This document shows positions 31,433 to 41,914 of a stretch of DNA of 64,000 bases, piece by piece (position 1 is the stretch's first letter; the number at the start of each line of letters is the position of its first letter). The translations under genes were made by a program, and so were the position numbers. Below the pieces are notes generated by a model. That model was not told the DNA's origin. It was given only the letters and a program-made list of their open reading frames with translations, and made no database searches. Source of the stretch: Opitutales bacterium (GTDB lineage: Bacteria; Verrucomicrobiota; Verrucomicrobiia; Opitutales; PNEW01); assembly GCA_965197745.1 (NCBI GenBank), contig CBDANS010000007.1, forward strand, positions 1,728,001 to 1,792,000, in the 5' to 3' direction.

Positions 31433-32923
31433 ATGCGATTACAAATGCGGGGTGTCAGTAAACGTTTTGGTGCAACGCCGGCTTTAAACGATGTCAATTT
31501 TGAAATAAATGCCGGTGAAGTACATGCCTTGATAGGAGAAAATGGAGCGGGAAAAAGTACGCTAATGAAGATACTCAGTGGTGCCTATTCTCCGGATGCG
31601 GGTAAAATTACGCTCGAGGGGAAAGCCTTTACTCCTGGCAATCCTCTACACGCTCGGAAAGCCGGTATTGCGATGATTTATCAGGAACTTAATCTCGCCC
31701 CGCATCTAAACGCGGAGGAAAATATTCTACTTGGCAAAGAACCAAGCCGGTTTGGCTGGCTCAATCCTGCGAAGCGGCGTCAACTTGCTCAAGAAGCATT
31801 AGATAAACTTAATCATCCTCATTTACCGCTGGATAAGCCAGTCCATCTCCTTTCCCTCGCTGAACAGCAGGTTATAGAAATTGCGCGCGCCTGTATCGGG
31901 TCAGCACATCTCCTAATTATGGATGAACCTACTAGCAGCTTGACTCGAGTCGACGTTCAAAATCTCTTTTTAATAATAAAAAAGTTACGTGATCAGGGCG
32001 TCAGTATTATTTACATCAGTCACTTTCTTGAAGAATGCCAGGAAGTTGCTGATCGTTATACCGTGCTTCGAGATGGAATCACGGTAGAGAGTGGAGCGAT
32101 GGAATCAGTAAAATTCACCGAATTAATCCATCTCATGGTAGGGAGAGAGATAAACGAAATATTTCCTAAAATCCCTCACACCATCGACGAACCGGTTCTA
32201 GAGATCAGCAATCTTGCCGGGTCGAAAAGGCCACGTTCTGTGAATCTTAAATTACGCAAAGGTGAAATCTTCGGGATTGCCGGGCTCGTTGGTGCGGGTC
32301 GAACGGAGACAGTCCGCGCTTGCTTTGGTCTTGATGAAGTAAAAGAGGGGAGCGTTTATGTCTATGGAAGAGATAAAACGCAAACCATACCACGAAGGCG
32401 CTTGGATGAGGGAGTGGGATTTTTAAGCGAAAACCGCAAAGAAGAAGGTCTCATGCTAAATAGAGATGTGGCAGAGAACCTGACAACTACTGATTATAAT
32501 CACTTCACCCACTGGGGGTTTATTAGCAAAACCAGGCAGCATGCGTCTGCTAAACAGATGATCGATCGTTTGGAAATTAAATCGCGCGAATTATCACAAT
32601 CAGTGAATGAACTCTCAGGCGGCAATCAACAGAAGATCGCTCTAGGCCGTCTCTTGCATCACAAAGCTAATATATACTTACTCGATGAACCTACCCGGGG
32701 CATTGATATTGTGAGTAAAGCTCAAATCTACAAAATTATGGGCGAACTGGCAAAAGAAGGGAAAGCAGTAATATTTATCAGTTCCTATCTTCCAGAATTA
32801 CTGGGAGTATGTGATACCATTGGTGTTATGTGTCGCGGAATAATGCAAACATCTCGTCCAGCAAGAGAGTGGACCGAACATGAAATTTTAGGGGTAGCAA
32901 TTGGCCAACAAGTTGATAACTGA
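31433..32923 (+). CDS. Monosaccharide ABC transporter ATP-binding protein (RbsA/MglA-like)
   Basis: GENGAGKST, tandem NBDs, LSGGNQQK and DEPTRGID motifs. Confidence 0.92.
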   Translation: MRLQMRGVSKRFGATPALNDVNFEINAGEVHALIGENGAGKSTLMKILSGAYSPDAGKITLEGKAFTPGNPLHARKAGIAMIYQELNLAPHLNAEENILLGKEPSRFGWLNPAKRRQLAQEALDKLNHPHLPLDKPVHLLSLAEQQVIEIARACIGSAHLLIMDEPTSSLTRVDVQNLFLIIKKLRDQGVSIIYISHFLEECQEVADRYTVLRDGITVESGAMESVKFTELIHLMVGREINEIFPKIPHTIDEPVLEISNLAGSKRPRSVNLKLRKGEIFGIAGLVGAGRTETVRACFGLDEVKEGSVYVYGRDKTQTIPRRRLDEGVGFLSENRKEEGLMLNRDVAENLTTTDYNHFTHWGFISKTRQHASAKQMIDRLEIKSRELSQSVNELSGGNQQKIALGRLLHHKANIYLLDEPTRGIDIVSKAQIYKIMGELAKEGKAVIFISSYLPELLGVCDTIGVMCRGIMQTSRPAREWTEHEILGVAIGQQVDN

Positions 32924-32931
32924 AAAATCTA

Positions 32932-33921
32932 ATGGATACTGCTAAGGAAAATTGGTTAAGCAAAATATCATCCCAAGTCCCAATCATGGGACCTATTTTG
33001 GGCCTCATTCTCGTGGTCTTACTATTCTCTAAAACGCGAGGATTTATAACCCCCAATAATATTACAATTATTTTAACCCAGACGGTTATCGTTACCATTG
33101 CAGCGCTTGGGATGACAAAAATAATTGTCAGTGGCGGTATTGATTTAAGCGTCGGAGCAGTGGTAGCGTTTACCAGTGTGCTCGGCGCTCATGCGGTGGC
33201 TCAAGGTTTGCCCATGGTCTTAGTGATTCTCATCGCTCTCGGCGGTGGCGGACTCTTTGGGTTCATCAATGGGAGTATCATTGCCGGTTTTAAAATGAAT
33301 CCTTTCATCGTCACTTTAGGCATGATGGGGGTAGCACGAGGAGCCTCAAAGTGGTTGGGAAAAAACCAAACCGTGAATTTTGATCCTGAGTCCACCATTA
33401 ATCTCCTCATGAATAATCCCGCCCAAATAGGGAACTATATAGTCCCATTATGGCTGCCCCCGATTGGCGTTTTGATGGCATTGTTTATGGCTGTAATAAT
33501 CAGTGTGGTTATGAATAAAACGGTATTTGGCCGTCACATTTACGCCATCGGTTCTAATGAAGCTACCGCACGTCTCTGCGGAATTCGCACAGAGTTGACA
33601 AAACTCAAAGTTTATATTTTCGCAGGACTGCTTTATGGTCTGGCTGGAGTAATGCAACTGTCGCGCTTGCAACAGGGAGATCCGACTGTCGCCATCGGTC
33701 TCGAACTCGATGTCATCGCCGCCGTCGTTATCGGTGGGGCCAGCCTGAGCGGTGGAACGGGAAGTGTCTTTGGGGCGGTTATTGGAGCTCTTATCATGGC
33801 TACTTTACGCAATGGCTCCGATCAGGTGGGGTGGCCAAATTACGCCCAGGAAATTATTATTGGTCTGGTTATTGTTCTCGCTGTTGGTCTCGACCGTTTT
33901 CGGCAAAGTCGGCTAAATTAA
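32932..33921 (+). CDS. Monosaccharide ABC transporter permease (RbsC-like)
   Basis: GGIDLSVG, FGRHIYAIGSN and ELDVIAAVVIGGASLSGG motifs. Confidence 0.92.
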   Translation: MDTAKENWLSKISSQVPIMGPILGLILVVLLFSKTRGFITPNNITIILTQTVIVTIAALGMTKIIVSGGIDLSVGAVVAFTSVLGAHAVAQGLPMVLVILIALGGGGLFGFINGSIIAGFKMNPFIVTLGMMGVARGASKWLGKNQTVNFDPESTINLLMNNPAQIGNYIVPLWLPPIGVLMALFMAVIISVVMNKTVFGRHIYAIGSNEATARLCGIRTELTKLKVYIFAGLLYGLAGVMQLSRLQQGDPTVAIGLELDVIAAVVIGGASLSGGTGSVFGAVIGALIMATLRNGSDQVGWPNYAQEIIIGLVIVLAVGLDRFRQSRLN

Positions 33922-34026
33922 GGTCTCTCATAAAAAATAAATAGTGGTCAAAAATTCCTATTTAGTTTGACAGTAGCAAATTTCGTTCAAGATAAGAGAT
34001 ACACTTTCACTTAATACATCATTGTT

Positions 34027-35028
34027 ATGTCACATGCAAAATTAGAAGAAAAACCGATTGGAAGATCGGGGTTAACGATGAACTCCATCAGTTTAGGTTG
34101 CGTTACATTTGGTCGAGAAATAGATGAAGAAGGATCATGGAAGATTCTCGATCACGCCATGGAAGCGGGCATTAAGTTGTATGACACGGCCGAAATGTAC
34201 GGGGGAGGAAACGCTAAAGAAAATCGCAAAAATTGGCTGGGTATCAATGACACCCGTGAAGTAACAACAGAAATGTATTCATCAGAAAAAATACTTTACC
34301 GATGGATGAAGGATCGTGGCTGTCGAGATGAAATGGTTATCTGCACGAAAGTCAGTGGGGCTAATAACGCTCCTGATAATATACGAAAGAAAGTAGGGGA
34401 TAGCCTCGATCGTCTGGGTACAGAGTCCGTCGAGATATATATGCTTCATGAACCGGACTCCAATGTGCCGATTGCTGAATCACTCGATGCGCTCAATGAA
34501 CAGGTCGTGGCAGGTAGAGTTAAAGTTATTGGGTGCAGTAATTTTACGGAAGAAATGCTGCAGGAATCATTGGAAATCAGTGAAAAAAAAGGATGGGCGC
34601 GATTTGAAATAACAGAACCTCCTTTCAGTCTGGCAGACCGGAGGTATGAGCCTGAATTACTTCCCTTATGTACGAAAGAAGATATTTCAACCATACCTTA
34701 CAGTCCTCTCGGCGCAGGTTTTCTCGCTGGTAAATATAGCTCGGATCGATCTAAGTTTCCGAAAGGAACTCGATTCGATATATCACCCGGGCATGCCGAC
34801 ATATATTTTAATGATCATAATTTTCGTGTTGTAGAGAGGTTAAGGGAAAAAGCCAAAGAGATGGGTGTCCCCATGGTTCAATTGGCAATGGCCTGGGTTA
34901 TGACCAATCCTCACGTCACAAGCACGCTCATCGGCGCGAGAAAGACAGAGCACATAGACAATGCCATTCTCGCCTTGGAAATGGAGCTTGATCCAGATTT
35001 ACGCGAAGAGATGTCAAATTGGGACTGA
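34027..35028 (+). CDS. Aldo/keto reductase
   Basis: LGCVTFG, YDTAEMY, TK, IGCSNF and YSPLGAGFL motifs. Confidence 0.9.
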   Translation: MSHAKLEEKPIGRSGLTMNSISLGCVTFGREIDEEGSWKILDHAMEAGIKLYDTAEMYGGGNAKENRKNWLGINDTREVTTEMYSSEKILYRWMKDRGCRDEMVICTKVSGANNAPDNIRKKVGDSLDRLGTESVEIYMLHEPDSNVPIAESLDALNEQVVAGRVKVIGCSNFTEEMLQESLEISEKKGWARFEITEPPFSLADRRYEPELLPLCTKEDISTIPYSPLGAGFLAGKYSSDRSKFPKGTRFDISPGHADIYFNDHNFRVVERLREKAKEMGVPMVQLAMAWVMTNPHVTSTLIGARKTEHIDNAILALEMELDPDLREEMSNWD

Positions 35029-35085
35029 TCTTTTTTCCAGTTGAAAGGATAAATGGAGCCTGGCTCGATATAAATACGTCCTGCT

Positions 35086-35200
35086 GAAGAATACCCAAAT
35101 GCCTGTTCGTCTGAGCAGATCGTGGTAAGGCATGGGAAACCGGCTCATCCATGATTAAGAGGAAAGTATAATGTAACTCAGAGTTGGATGTTGGAGATCA
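35086..35200 (+). pseudogene. Possible heavily degraded HepT/DUF86 (HEPN RNase) remnant
   Basis: EEYPN...EQIV / GMGNRLIHD*EE resembles the DUF86 pattern YPEIPWRQIAGMRNRLIHDY; short match with stops and frameshifts. Confidence 0.4.
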
Positions 35201-35395
35201 AGGCAACTATACTTTCGCTTATCTATTCCGCCATTGCCTCTACAGCTTCACTTTACCGGATGAGACCACGTCCTGTTTTATATCAGATTACCTCGCGATT
35301 TAAATCTATCAGGTATTGTTTGCATTCAGAATAGGAATTCATGATAGTCGCAACCCTATTCAACACTCTACCTCCTCCACATTTTAATAGATTAA

Positions 35396-36184
35396 ATGCT
35401 ATTGTATATGATATTAAATTTAAAGCGATTGTTCTTATTATCCGCGCTTCTCTTATTTATGGGCTGCAGTGGTAAGCAGATTGAGGTAATAGCCGAGACT
35501 CAGGAAAAACATTATCTTCGTGGTAAAAGCCTGCTCCAGGAAGGACGCAAACAGGAAGCTCTCGAAGCATTTCTCAAAGTTGTCGATAAACGCAATGATG
35601 CCGCAGAATCACATTTGGAAGTTGGTAGTCTCAGCCTCACTCATATCAGGGATCCCATTGCCGCTATTTATCACTTTCGCAAGTATCTTGAACTTAAACC
35701 TGACACTGAACAATCAAAGTTGGTGCGACAGCTTATAGAGACCGCGAAGAAAGATTTTGCGAGAAGCCTACCCGGAAAACCGTTTGAAAATGAGTTCGAG
35801 CGACTTGATCTAACGAATCTTATCGAACAATTAAGAAAAGAAAATCTAGACCTTAAAAAGCGCCTCGCTCATTCCATCCGTGAATACGAACAATCACAGA
35901 AGGGATACGATTTATTGCGAAAACAAATCGAGGCGCAAGCACAAGCGGAAGCGGCTGGCCGCGATCAGCCTGAAGTTGTCCAACCTGTCCTCCCGGTGGC
36001 CTCTTATAACAATGCAGATCGACCGGATATTTATATAGTGCAACCGGGAGATAATCTTAGCCGTATCAGCAAAAAATTATTCAATACCCCAGGGCGATGG
36101 CGTGATATTTACGAAGCAAACCGCAATACACTATCCAGCCCTCACTCGATCAGAGTAGGGCAGGAATTAAAAGTTCCTTTATAG
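35396..36184 (+). CDS. TPR + coiled-coil + LysM lipoprotein
   Basis: Lipobox FMGC, TPR-like helices, and C-terminal LysM (YIVQPGDNLSRIS...IRVGQELKVP). Confidence 0.8.
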   Translation: MLLYMILNLKRLFLLSALLLFMGCSGKQIEVIAETQEKHYLRGKSLLQEGRKQEALEAFLKVVDKRNDAAESHLEVGSLSLTHIRDPIAAIYHFRKYLELKPDTEQSKLVRQLIETAKKDFARSLPGKPFENEFERLDLTNLIEQLRKENLDLKKRLAHSIREYEQSQKGYDLLRKQIEAQAQAEAAGRDQPEVVQPVLPVASYNNADRPDIYIVQPGDNLSRISKKLFNTPGRWRDIYEANRNTLSSPHSIRVGQELKVPL

Positions 36185-36280
36185 GTTTTACGTCGAATAT
36201 ATTCGATCTGACATTATTTATTTCGGTATAGAAAATGGCTTGGGTTTTGTCTATAAGCATTTTTCAGTAAATTAATATAA

Positions 36281-37444
36281 ATGAGCTATTTTGATTATAA
36301 TGCGACAACCCCGCTGCTTTCAATTGCCGAAAAAACGTGGATAAAAGCAAGCCGAGAGCATTGGTATAATCCATCCAGCCCATATAGTCTCTCGGCAAGA
36401 GCAAGAAACTACCTCGATCACCTGCGAAGTGATCTCGCTTCCCATCTTGGTTGTGAAGCGGAGACCATCATTTTTAACTCGGGGGCTACAGAAGGAAATA
36501 ACGCGGTGTTTAATTACATGGCTAAAAAGAGTGATCCCCTTTCTCGCGTTCTTATATCGTCAATAGAACATCCCTGTGTATTAGAGTCTGCTGAAGAGAC
36601 TTTTCCAGACAAAGTTGATTTCATACCCGTATCCCATAACGGCGTTGTCGATATGGATATATTGCCCGGTTTGCTTAAAAAGGAAAAATACCAATTAGTT
36701 TCGGTGATGGCTGCAAATAATGAAACGGGTGTGATCCAGCCCTGGAGAGACATTTTAAAATTATGTCATAAATACAAGATCACCTATCATTGTGATGCTT
36801 CGCAATGGGTGGGTAAACTGCCCTCTAATGATCTCGGGCAATGCGATTTTATAACCGGTTGTGGTCATAAATTCGGGGGTCCAAAAGGAGTTGGATTTTT
36901 AAAAATAGCTAAAGAATTTAGCGATTTTAAGGACTTCCAGGGAGGGGAGCAAGAATCGGGACACCGTGGCGGGACAGAAAATATACCGGGGGTAGCTGCG
37001 ATGATTGCGGCTCTCAATGAAATTTCTATAAATTATAGAGATACTATAAATAACCAGAAAAAACGCGTAAGCGAATTTTCTGGTCTTATTCAGACAAAGG
37101 TCCCGGGGGTGAAGATCATAGGGCAGGATGTTGATCGATTGTGGAATACCCTCTCAATAATTTTACCTGATTTCGGTAATCTCCGCTGGGTCTTGCGACT
37201 TGATAAACACGGCTTTGCCGTATCGACAGGTTCAGCCTGTGCAACGGGAAAAGAAGGTCCTTCACATGTCCTGGCCGCAATGAAATACCACCCCGGTGAA
37301 ATGAACCGCGTAATTCGAATAAGTGGTGGGTGGGATACTTCAAGCGAGGAATGGCAATCACTGGTTGACGCCTTCGGGTGTGTATGGACCGAACTGAAGG
37401 AATCACAACTTGAATCGGGTAGCACCGAGATTATCTCGCTTTAA
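36281..37444 (+). CDS. iscS: Cysteine desulfurase (IscS/NifS family)
   Basis: YFDYNATTP, SGATE, GHKFGGPKG (PLP Lys) and STGSAC (catalytic Cys). Confidence 0.88.
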   Translation: MSYFDYNATTPLLSIAEKTWIKASREHWYNPSSPYSLSARARNYLDHLRSDLASHLGCEAETIIFNSGATEGNNAVFNYMAKKSDPLSRVLISSIEHPCVLESAEETFPDKVDFIPVSHNGVVDMDILPGLLKKEKYQLVSVMAANNETGVIQPWRDILKLCHKYKITYHCDASQWVGKLPSNDLGQCDFITGCGHKFGGPKGVGFLKIAKEFSDFKDFQGGEQESGHRGGTENIPGVAAMIAALNEISINYRDTINNQKKRVSEFSGLIQTKVPGVKIIGQDVDRLWNTLSIILPDFGNLRWVLRLDKHGFAVSTGSACATGKEGPSHVLAAMKYHPGEMNRVIRISGGWDTSSEEWQSLVDAFGCVWTELKESQLESGSTEIISL

Positions 37445-37495
37445 ATAGGAGACGAATTGATTTGCCCGGTTCTATAGTTTATCCCTTTTAAGTGC

Positions 37496-38587
37496 ATGCG
37501 AATATCGACCCTGAAAATTCAGAACTTTAGAAATATTGAATTTGCATCTCTTCAGTTTGACTTAAATTGCCAGTATTTATTGGGCGATAATGGAGAGGGA
37601 AAGACTAACCTCTTAGAGGCCATTGGCTTGCTTACAGCCCTTAGGTCTTTTCGCACGCGGCAAACCAGGTATATCATACGCTCCAACTGTCATGAAGCGC
37701 AAATGGTGTGCGGGCTTGAGCATGAATCGCTGGGAAATACGGAAGTCTCAATAAAACTTAAAAATGGATTAAAAGATGTATCTGTCGATGGAGAAAAAAT
37801 TATTCGATTTGCCCATTATATAGGGAAATTTCCAAGCGTAGTGATGTCCTCTCAGGACATTCAATTACTTCGTGGTTCACCTCAATTACGTCGCCGTTTT
37901 TTAAATCTTACTTTTGCTGCTACAGATGGAATTTATTTTGACGCACTTCGAGATTATCATCGAGCATTGCAGGAACGGAATCGATTGCTTAAAAGAAGGG
38001 TGAGTAAAGGTGAATTAGCAGCGTTTGAAAGTATACTGGCCCCGGCCGCTAATCTGCTCATGAAAAAGCGCCAGGAAGGGATCTCGGCACTGAGTAAAGT
38101 ACTGGCAGAGAAATACGAGGGTATAAGTGATGCTAAAGAAATTACGAGATTACAATATGAGCCCGATATAAATTTCGGAGAAAATGAAGACTATATGAAG
38201 TTACTGATTGAGATGAGAGAACGAGACTATGCTCAACAGACTACCACTCGAGGGCCCCATCGCGATGATTTTAAATTCATCCTCAACGATTATGACGCAA
38301 ATAACTATGGATCTGATGGGCAACAACGAGCCCTGGTCCTGGCGCTACGTCTGGCTGAAGCGACATGGCATTATGAGCAGACAAAAATAAAACCTGTCAT
38401 TCTGTGTGATGATATATTAAACGAACTCGACGACCGCCGTCGTTCAAAATTCTGGGATTTAATTAACCCGGGAAGCCAAGTTATTGCGAATGGCACTCTT
38501 TCACCTCCAGGAGACGGCCAGATAATATGGTCTTTGTTTAGAGTGGATAAGGGGCAAATAAAAGCCTCTGAAAATGATGGACTATAA
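37496..38587 (+). CDS. recF: DNA replication and repair protein RecF
   Basis: NFRN, GDNGEGKTNLLEAI, GPHRDD, GSDGQQR and DDILNELD motifs. Confidence 0.95.
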   Translation: MRISTLKIQNFRNIEFASLQFDLNCQYLLGDNGEGKTNLLEAIGLLTALRSFRTRQTRYIIRSNCHEAQMVCGLEHESLGNTEVSIKLKNGLKDVSVDGEKIIRFAHYIGKFPSVVMSSQDIQLLRGSPQLRRRFLNLTFAATDGIYFDALRDYHRALQERNRLLKRRVSKGELAAFESILAPAANLLMKKRQEGISALSKVLAEKYEGISDAKEITRLQYEPDINFGENEDYMKLLIEMRERDYAQQTTTRGPHRDDFKFILNDYDANNYGSDGQQRALVLALRLAEATWHYEQTKIKPVILCDDILNELDDRRRSKFWDLINPGSQVIANGTLSPPGDGQIIWSLFRVDKGQIKASENDGL

Positions 38588-38663
38588 ACGGCTTGGAAAA
38601 TCTGCTTGGGTTTAAAGCACAGAGTTGTATAGTCGTTGAGAATACGAAAACTACGAAGTAAAT

Positions 38664-39254
38664 ATGGCGCGTAAGTCGGCGAGATTATTGTGGGCTGATA
38701 AAATTAAAGGTAAGCACCAGGAGAAATCCATCGAAAAATCTGATGGGTTAAAACTGGGGAGAACATTCCAAGGTAATGTTCTGGGCATCGATCCAAGTTT
38801 GCGGTCTACCGGTTTAGCGGTTATTCAATTCAAGGCAAATACTTCAGCGATTCTCCTCGCTAGTCGAACGGTGACATTAAAACCGAAACTTACGATGGCA
38901 GCTTGCCTGGCTGAAATATCCCGGGCGGTAACGGAAATGATTGAAACTTACCCCATCGATTATGTGGCCATGGAGCAGACTATTTATGTGCAAAATTTCC
39001 AGACGGCACAGATTCTAGGGGCAGCCCGTGGAGCAGCGATGGCCGCAGCAGCTTTAAAAAGAATTCCTGTCGAAGAATATCCTCCTTTAAGGATAAAACA
39101 AGCTGTTGTCGGGTATGGACGAGCGAGTAAAGAGCAGGTGGCAAAAACAGTGATTCAATTACTGGGGCTTAAATCTAAATCAATGATAAAAACATCTCAT
39201 GATGCTGATGCCGCAAGTGTCGCTATCTGCCACGCGCTAACTTTCAGGATTTAA
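38664..39254 (+). CDS. ruvC: Holliday junction resolvase RuvC
   Basis: LGIDPSLRSTG, AMEQ, KQAVVGYGRASKEQV and HDADAASVAICH motifs. Confidence 0.93.
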   Translation: MARKSARLLWADKIKGKHQEKSIEKSDGLKLGRTFQGNVLGIDPSLRSTGLAVIQFKANTSAILLASRTVTLKPKLTMAACLAEISRAVTEMIETYPIDYVAMEQTIYVQNFQTAQILGAARGAAMAAAALKRIPVEEYPPLRIKQAVVGYGRASKEQVAKTVIQLLGLKSKSMIKTSHDADAASVAICHALTFRI

Positions 39255-39718
39255 ATGACAAGATCATTTTGACCTTCAATGCAAAGGCGTAATGGATTCT
39301 CACGATTGGTTATGGCCGAGACTAATATTTCAAATTCATCCTGCCGTGAGAGATAGCGAGCAATGTAGACCCGATTGCCATTAGTGCCTGTTATGCAATA
39401 ATACCCCAGTCCTAAGTAATTGCGCGTGTGGGCATTTGCGATTTCATTCCAGGGTATAAACAGTGATTTACCCCACCAGGTATAGCTATAAACGCCATCA
39501 GAGCTTATTTCACTTATTAAAGCCCAGACCAGTATTGATGATGTAATAAGAGATATAATCGTTATAAGTTCAAGGCTACCCGCATAATCAATACTTCCGA
39601 GTGGAACTCTGAGAAAAAAGGCTATGCGAAAGAGGTCAAACAACCACAATACGGCAATCATCCACAGTAACAGGGTTGAGTAGCAGCAGCGGTATATTTG
39701 TTTAGCTGGTACATTCAT
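39251..39718 (-). CDS. Hypothetical membrane protein (two TM helices plus a possible PH-like domain)
   Basis: 155-aa ORF with two hydrophobic segments followed by FIPWNEI. Confidence 0.55.
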   Translation of the reverse strand: MNVPAKQIYRCCYSTLLLWMIAVLWLFDLFRIAFFLRVPLGSIDYAGSLELITIISLITSSILVWALISEISSDGVYSYTWWGKSLFIPWNEIANAHTRNYLGLGYYCITGTNGNRVYIARYLSRQDEFEILVSAITNRENPLRLCIEGQNDLVI

Positions 39719-39841
39719 CTTTAATGCTTTTGCATTTTAAAGATTTATGCCCGTTATGCGAGCAGGAAATTTAATCATTAAGATCTTTCAGTGTCGATCA
39801 ATAGACTCACAATAAACTTGTGATAAAAACTACCCGGGCCA

Positions 39842-40288
39842 TTAAATTACCTTTTCTTCTATATCATAGACATCAAACCAGGTATAAATTCTTCGGTTCC
39901 CGGGTATTACATTCTGGATATAGCTTTCAAGGAACAACTGCAAATGGGTCGGCAGATCCATGATACGTGTCTGACGCATTTTCAAATTCCAGAGTTTGAT
40001 AATTTCCTCAGAGAAATCCACCTGTTCTCTTATCCACGATGCCACTTCATTATCATCAGCGCCGCCTGAGACATAATTCTTAAAGTCAGAACTATTAACG
40101 CCCGTAAAACTAAGGAGGTAGTTGTCTAAAGGGCAGTCGAATTTATATTCACCATTAGTTCCCGCGATTACTGCCCTGCATTTATCGAGCATGCGCGCGG
40201 CTACCACGAATCCACCCAATGTTTCGTGGGGGCTGCGTGGATATTCTTGATTCAGATCCTTTGCTAATGAACTTAATTTTTTATTCAT
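39842..40288 (-). CDS. DUF5069 domain protein
   Basis: PRSPHETLGG, ARMLDKCRA, GEYKFDCPLD and TWFDVYDIEE motifs. Confidence 0.8.
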   Translation of the reverse strand: MNKKLSSLAKDLNQEYPRSPHETLGGFVVAARMLDKCRAVIAGTNGEYKFDCPLDNYLLSFTGVNSSDFKNYVSGGADDNEVASWIREQVDFSEEIIKLWNLKMRQTRIMDLPTHLQLFLESYIQNVIPGNRRIYTWFDVYDIEEKVI

Positions 40289-40314
40289 ATATTGTATATT
40301 TTCTAAATTAATTT

Positions 40315-41130
40315 TCAAAAAATAGTTTTAAATATGCTGTGTTGATAATTTGTGCCGAGCTTTCCCTGATCATTCAAACCCCAATGATATTTTGCATATA
40401 TAATCTTATAATTTCCATTCAGTAAGAATTCATGATGTTCTTGAGGTCCGTAATTTGCGAGAATTCTTTTGATCCCGTCTGATTTATCAAAGTCTTCTTG
40501 AAACCATTTAAAAATAGATGATATCTCTACTTTTTCTTCATTGGGGTGATAAGCATTCATGGCATTGTTACCCAGCCATTGCCGGTAAGCGGTATCAATC
40601 AGCTGATTCATATTTTGACTGGTATAGGCGATCGGTTGCAGTGGTGGACAACTGCGCGCTGCACAGACAATTGCAGAATGAACGCGCCAGCCTATCAATG
40701 GGCGTAAATATTCATGTTCTATCTCATCGAGTGAAACAAGCTTCCCCCCAATGTTGTGACGCTTTGCGGACCATGAATCTTTGAGCAGGCGAATACTCTC
40801 GGTGGGATAATTCTGCAATATCCATTGGAGCGTGAAGGCATTATAAGCGTTTATAAGCGCAGCCACTTTTTCATTCGCCGATGCTTTAGGACCCTGCTCA
40901 TTGGCAAATTGCAACAGGTATTGATCCAGTGATCTGAGATCATCAGGGTTATTATGCCATGCTTGATAGTCAACAAGGCCATTTCCATCTACATACCGCC
41001 TAAGGAGCAGGTTAAGTTCAGAATGATCAATGTTTGCCGAGATTTCGATTGGGGATTCAGCCCGCGCAATCAAGGTTATCAAAGCCATGACCAGAAAACA
41101 CTGGATAGTGTAAGTTTTGAATTTAATCAT
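40315..41130 (-). CDS. DUF547 domain exported protein
   Basis: Signal peptide; GLVDY, INAYNA, SLDEIEH, RVHSAIVCAARSCPPL and SSIFKWF motifs. Confidence 0.88.
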   Translation of the reverse strand: MIKFKTYTIQCFLVMALITLIARAESPIEISANIDHSELNLLLRRYVDGNGLVDYQAWHNNPDDLRSLDQYLLQFANEQGPKASANEKVAALINAYNAFTLQWILQNYPTESIRLLKDSWSAKRHNIGGKLVSLDEIEHEYLRPLIGWRVHSAIVCAARSCPPLQPIAYTSQNMNQLIDTAYRQWLGNNAMNAYHPNEEKVEISSIFKWFQEDFDKSDGIKRILANYGPQEHHEFLLNGNYKIIYAKYHWGLNDQGKLGTNYQHSIFKTIF

Positions 41131-41149
41131 AATCGTGTAATAGCCAGGG

Positions 41150-41887
41150 TCAGTCAGTTGTTTCCGGAATATTCTCAAGTGCGGATTTTTTCAATGCTTT
41201 ACGGGCAATTGCAGTGACAAAAACCGTAACAAAAACAGTGATGATAAAACCGATTCCTAGAAATATATATTCGAGTGAAGTTTTACCACCGCCAGAAACA
41301 GCTTCGAGGCCGGCCTTTCCCGCATATCCGAGGTAAACGTACAAAACTGTTCCAGGGATCATCCCTATCCAGCTTGCCAGCACATATGGCCAGAATTTCA
41401 CAGCCGTAAGACCGAGCAGGTAATTTAGCCACACATAGGGAAAAACAGGGCTTAAACGAAGAAGAAGAACTAATTTACTACCCTCATCGCCTATGGCAGA
41501 ATCAATCAATTTAAACTTTGCATGTTCACTCAGTTTAGCCTCAATTTTTTCGCGCGCCAAATAGCGGGCAACGATAAAAGCCAAAGCCGCCCCAAGTGTA
41601 GCTCCAATTGAAACCACGACAGACCCTCTTACCACACCAAATGCAAACCCGGCACCCAGGGTCAATACTGATCCGGGGACGAAGAAAACGGCGGACATCA
41701 TGTAGACAGCTATAAAAAGAATGTAGCCGATAACCCCTAAATCTATTACCCAGGTGTTAAAAGCTTCAAGCCATGTTCTGAGGGGTAAAAGGCGAAGCGC
41801 TGCGATTAGGGCGACGAAGGCGATAATTCCCACAACTAATTTCCAGGGAATTTTCCTACTAATCATTGCGGCATTTCTTTCCATCAA
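41150..41887 (-). CDS. TVP38/TMEM64 (DedA/VTT) family membrane protein
   Basis: VPGSVLTLGAGFAFG, LLRLSPVFPY and GMIPGT motifs. Confidence 0.9.
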   Translation of the reverse strand: MMERNAAMISRKIPWKLVVGIIAFVALIAALRLLPLRTWLEAFNTWVIDLGVIGYILFIAVYMMSAVFFVPGSVLTLGAGFAFGVVRGSVVVSIGATLGAALAFIVARYLAREKIEAKLSEHAKFKLIDSAIGDEGSKLVLLLRLSPVFPYVWLNYLLGLTAVKFWPYVLASWIGMIPGTVLYVYLGYAGKAGLEAVSGGGKTSLEYIFLGIGFIITVFVTVFVTAIARKALKKSALENIPETTD

Positions 41888-41914
41888 TATGGCAGAATAC
41901 TTAATATTCGTTCA

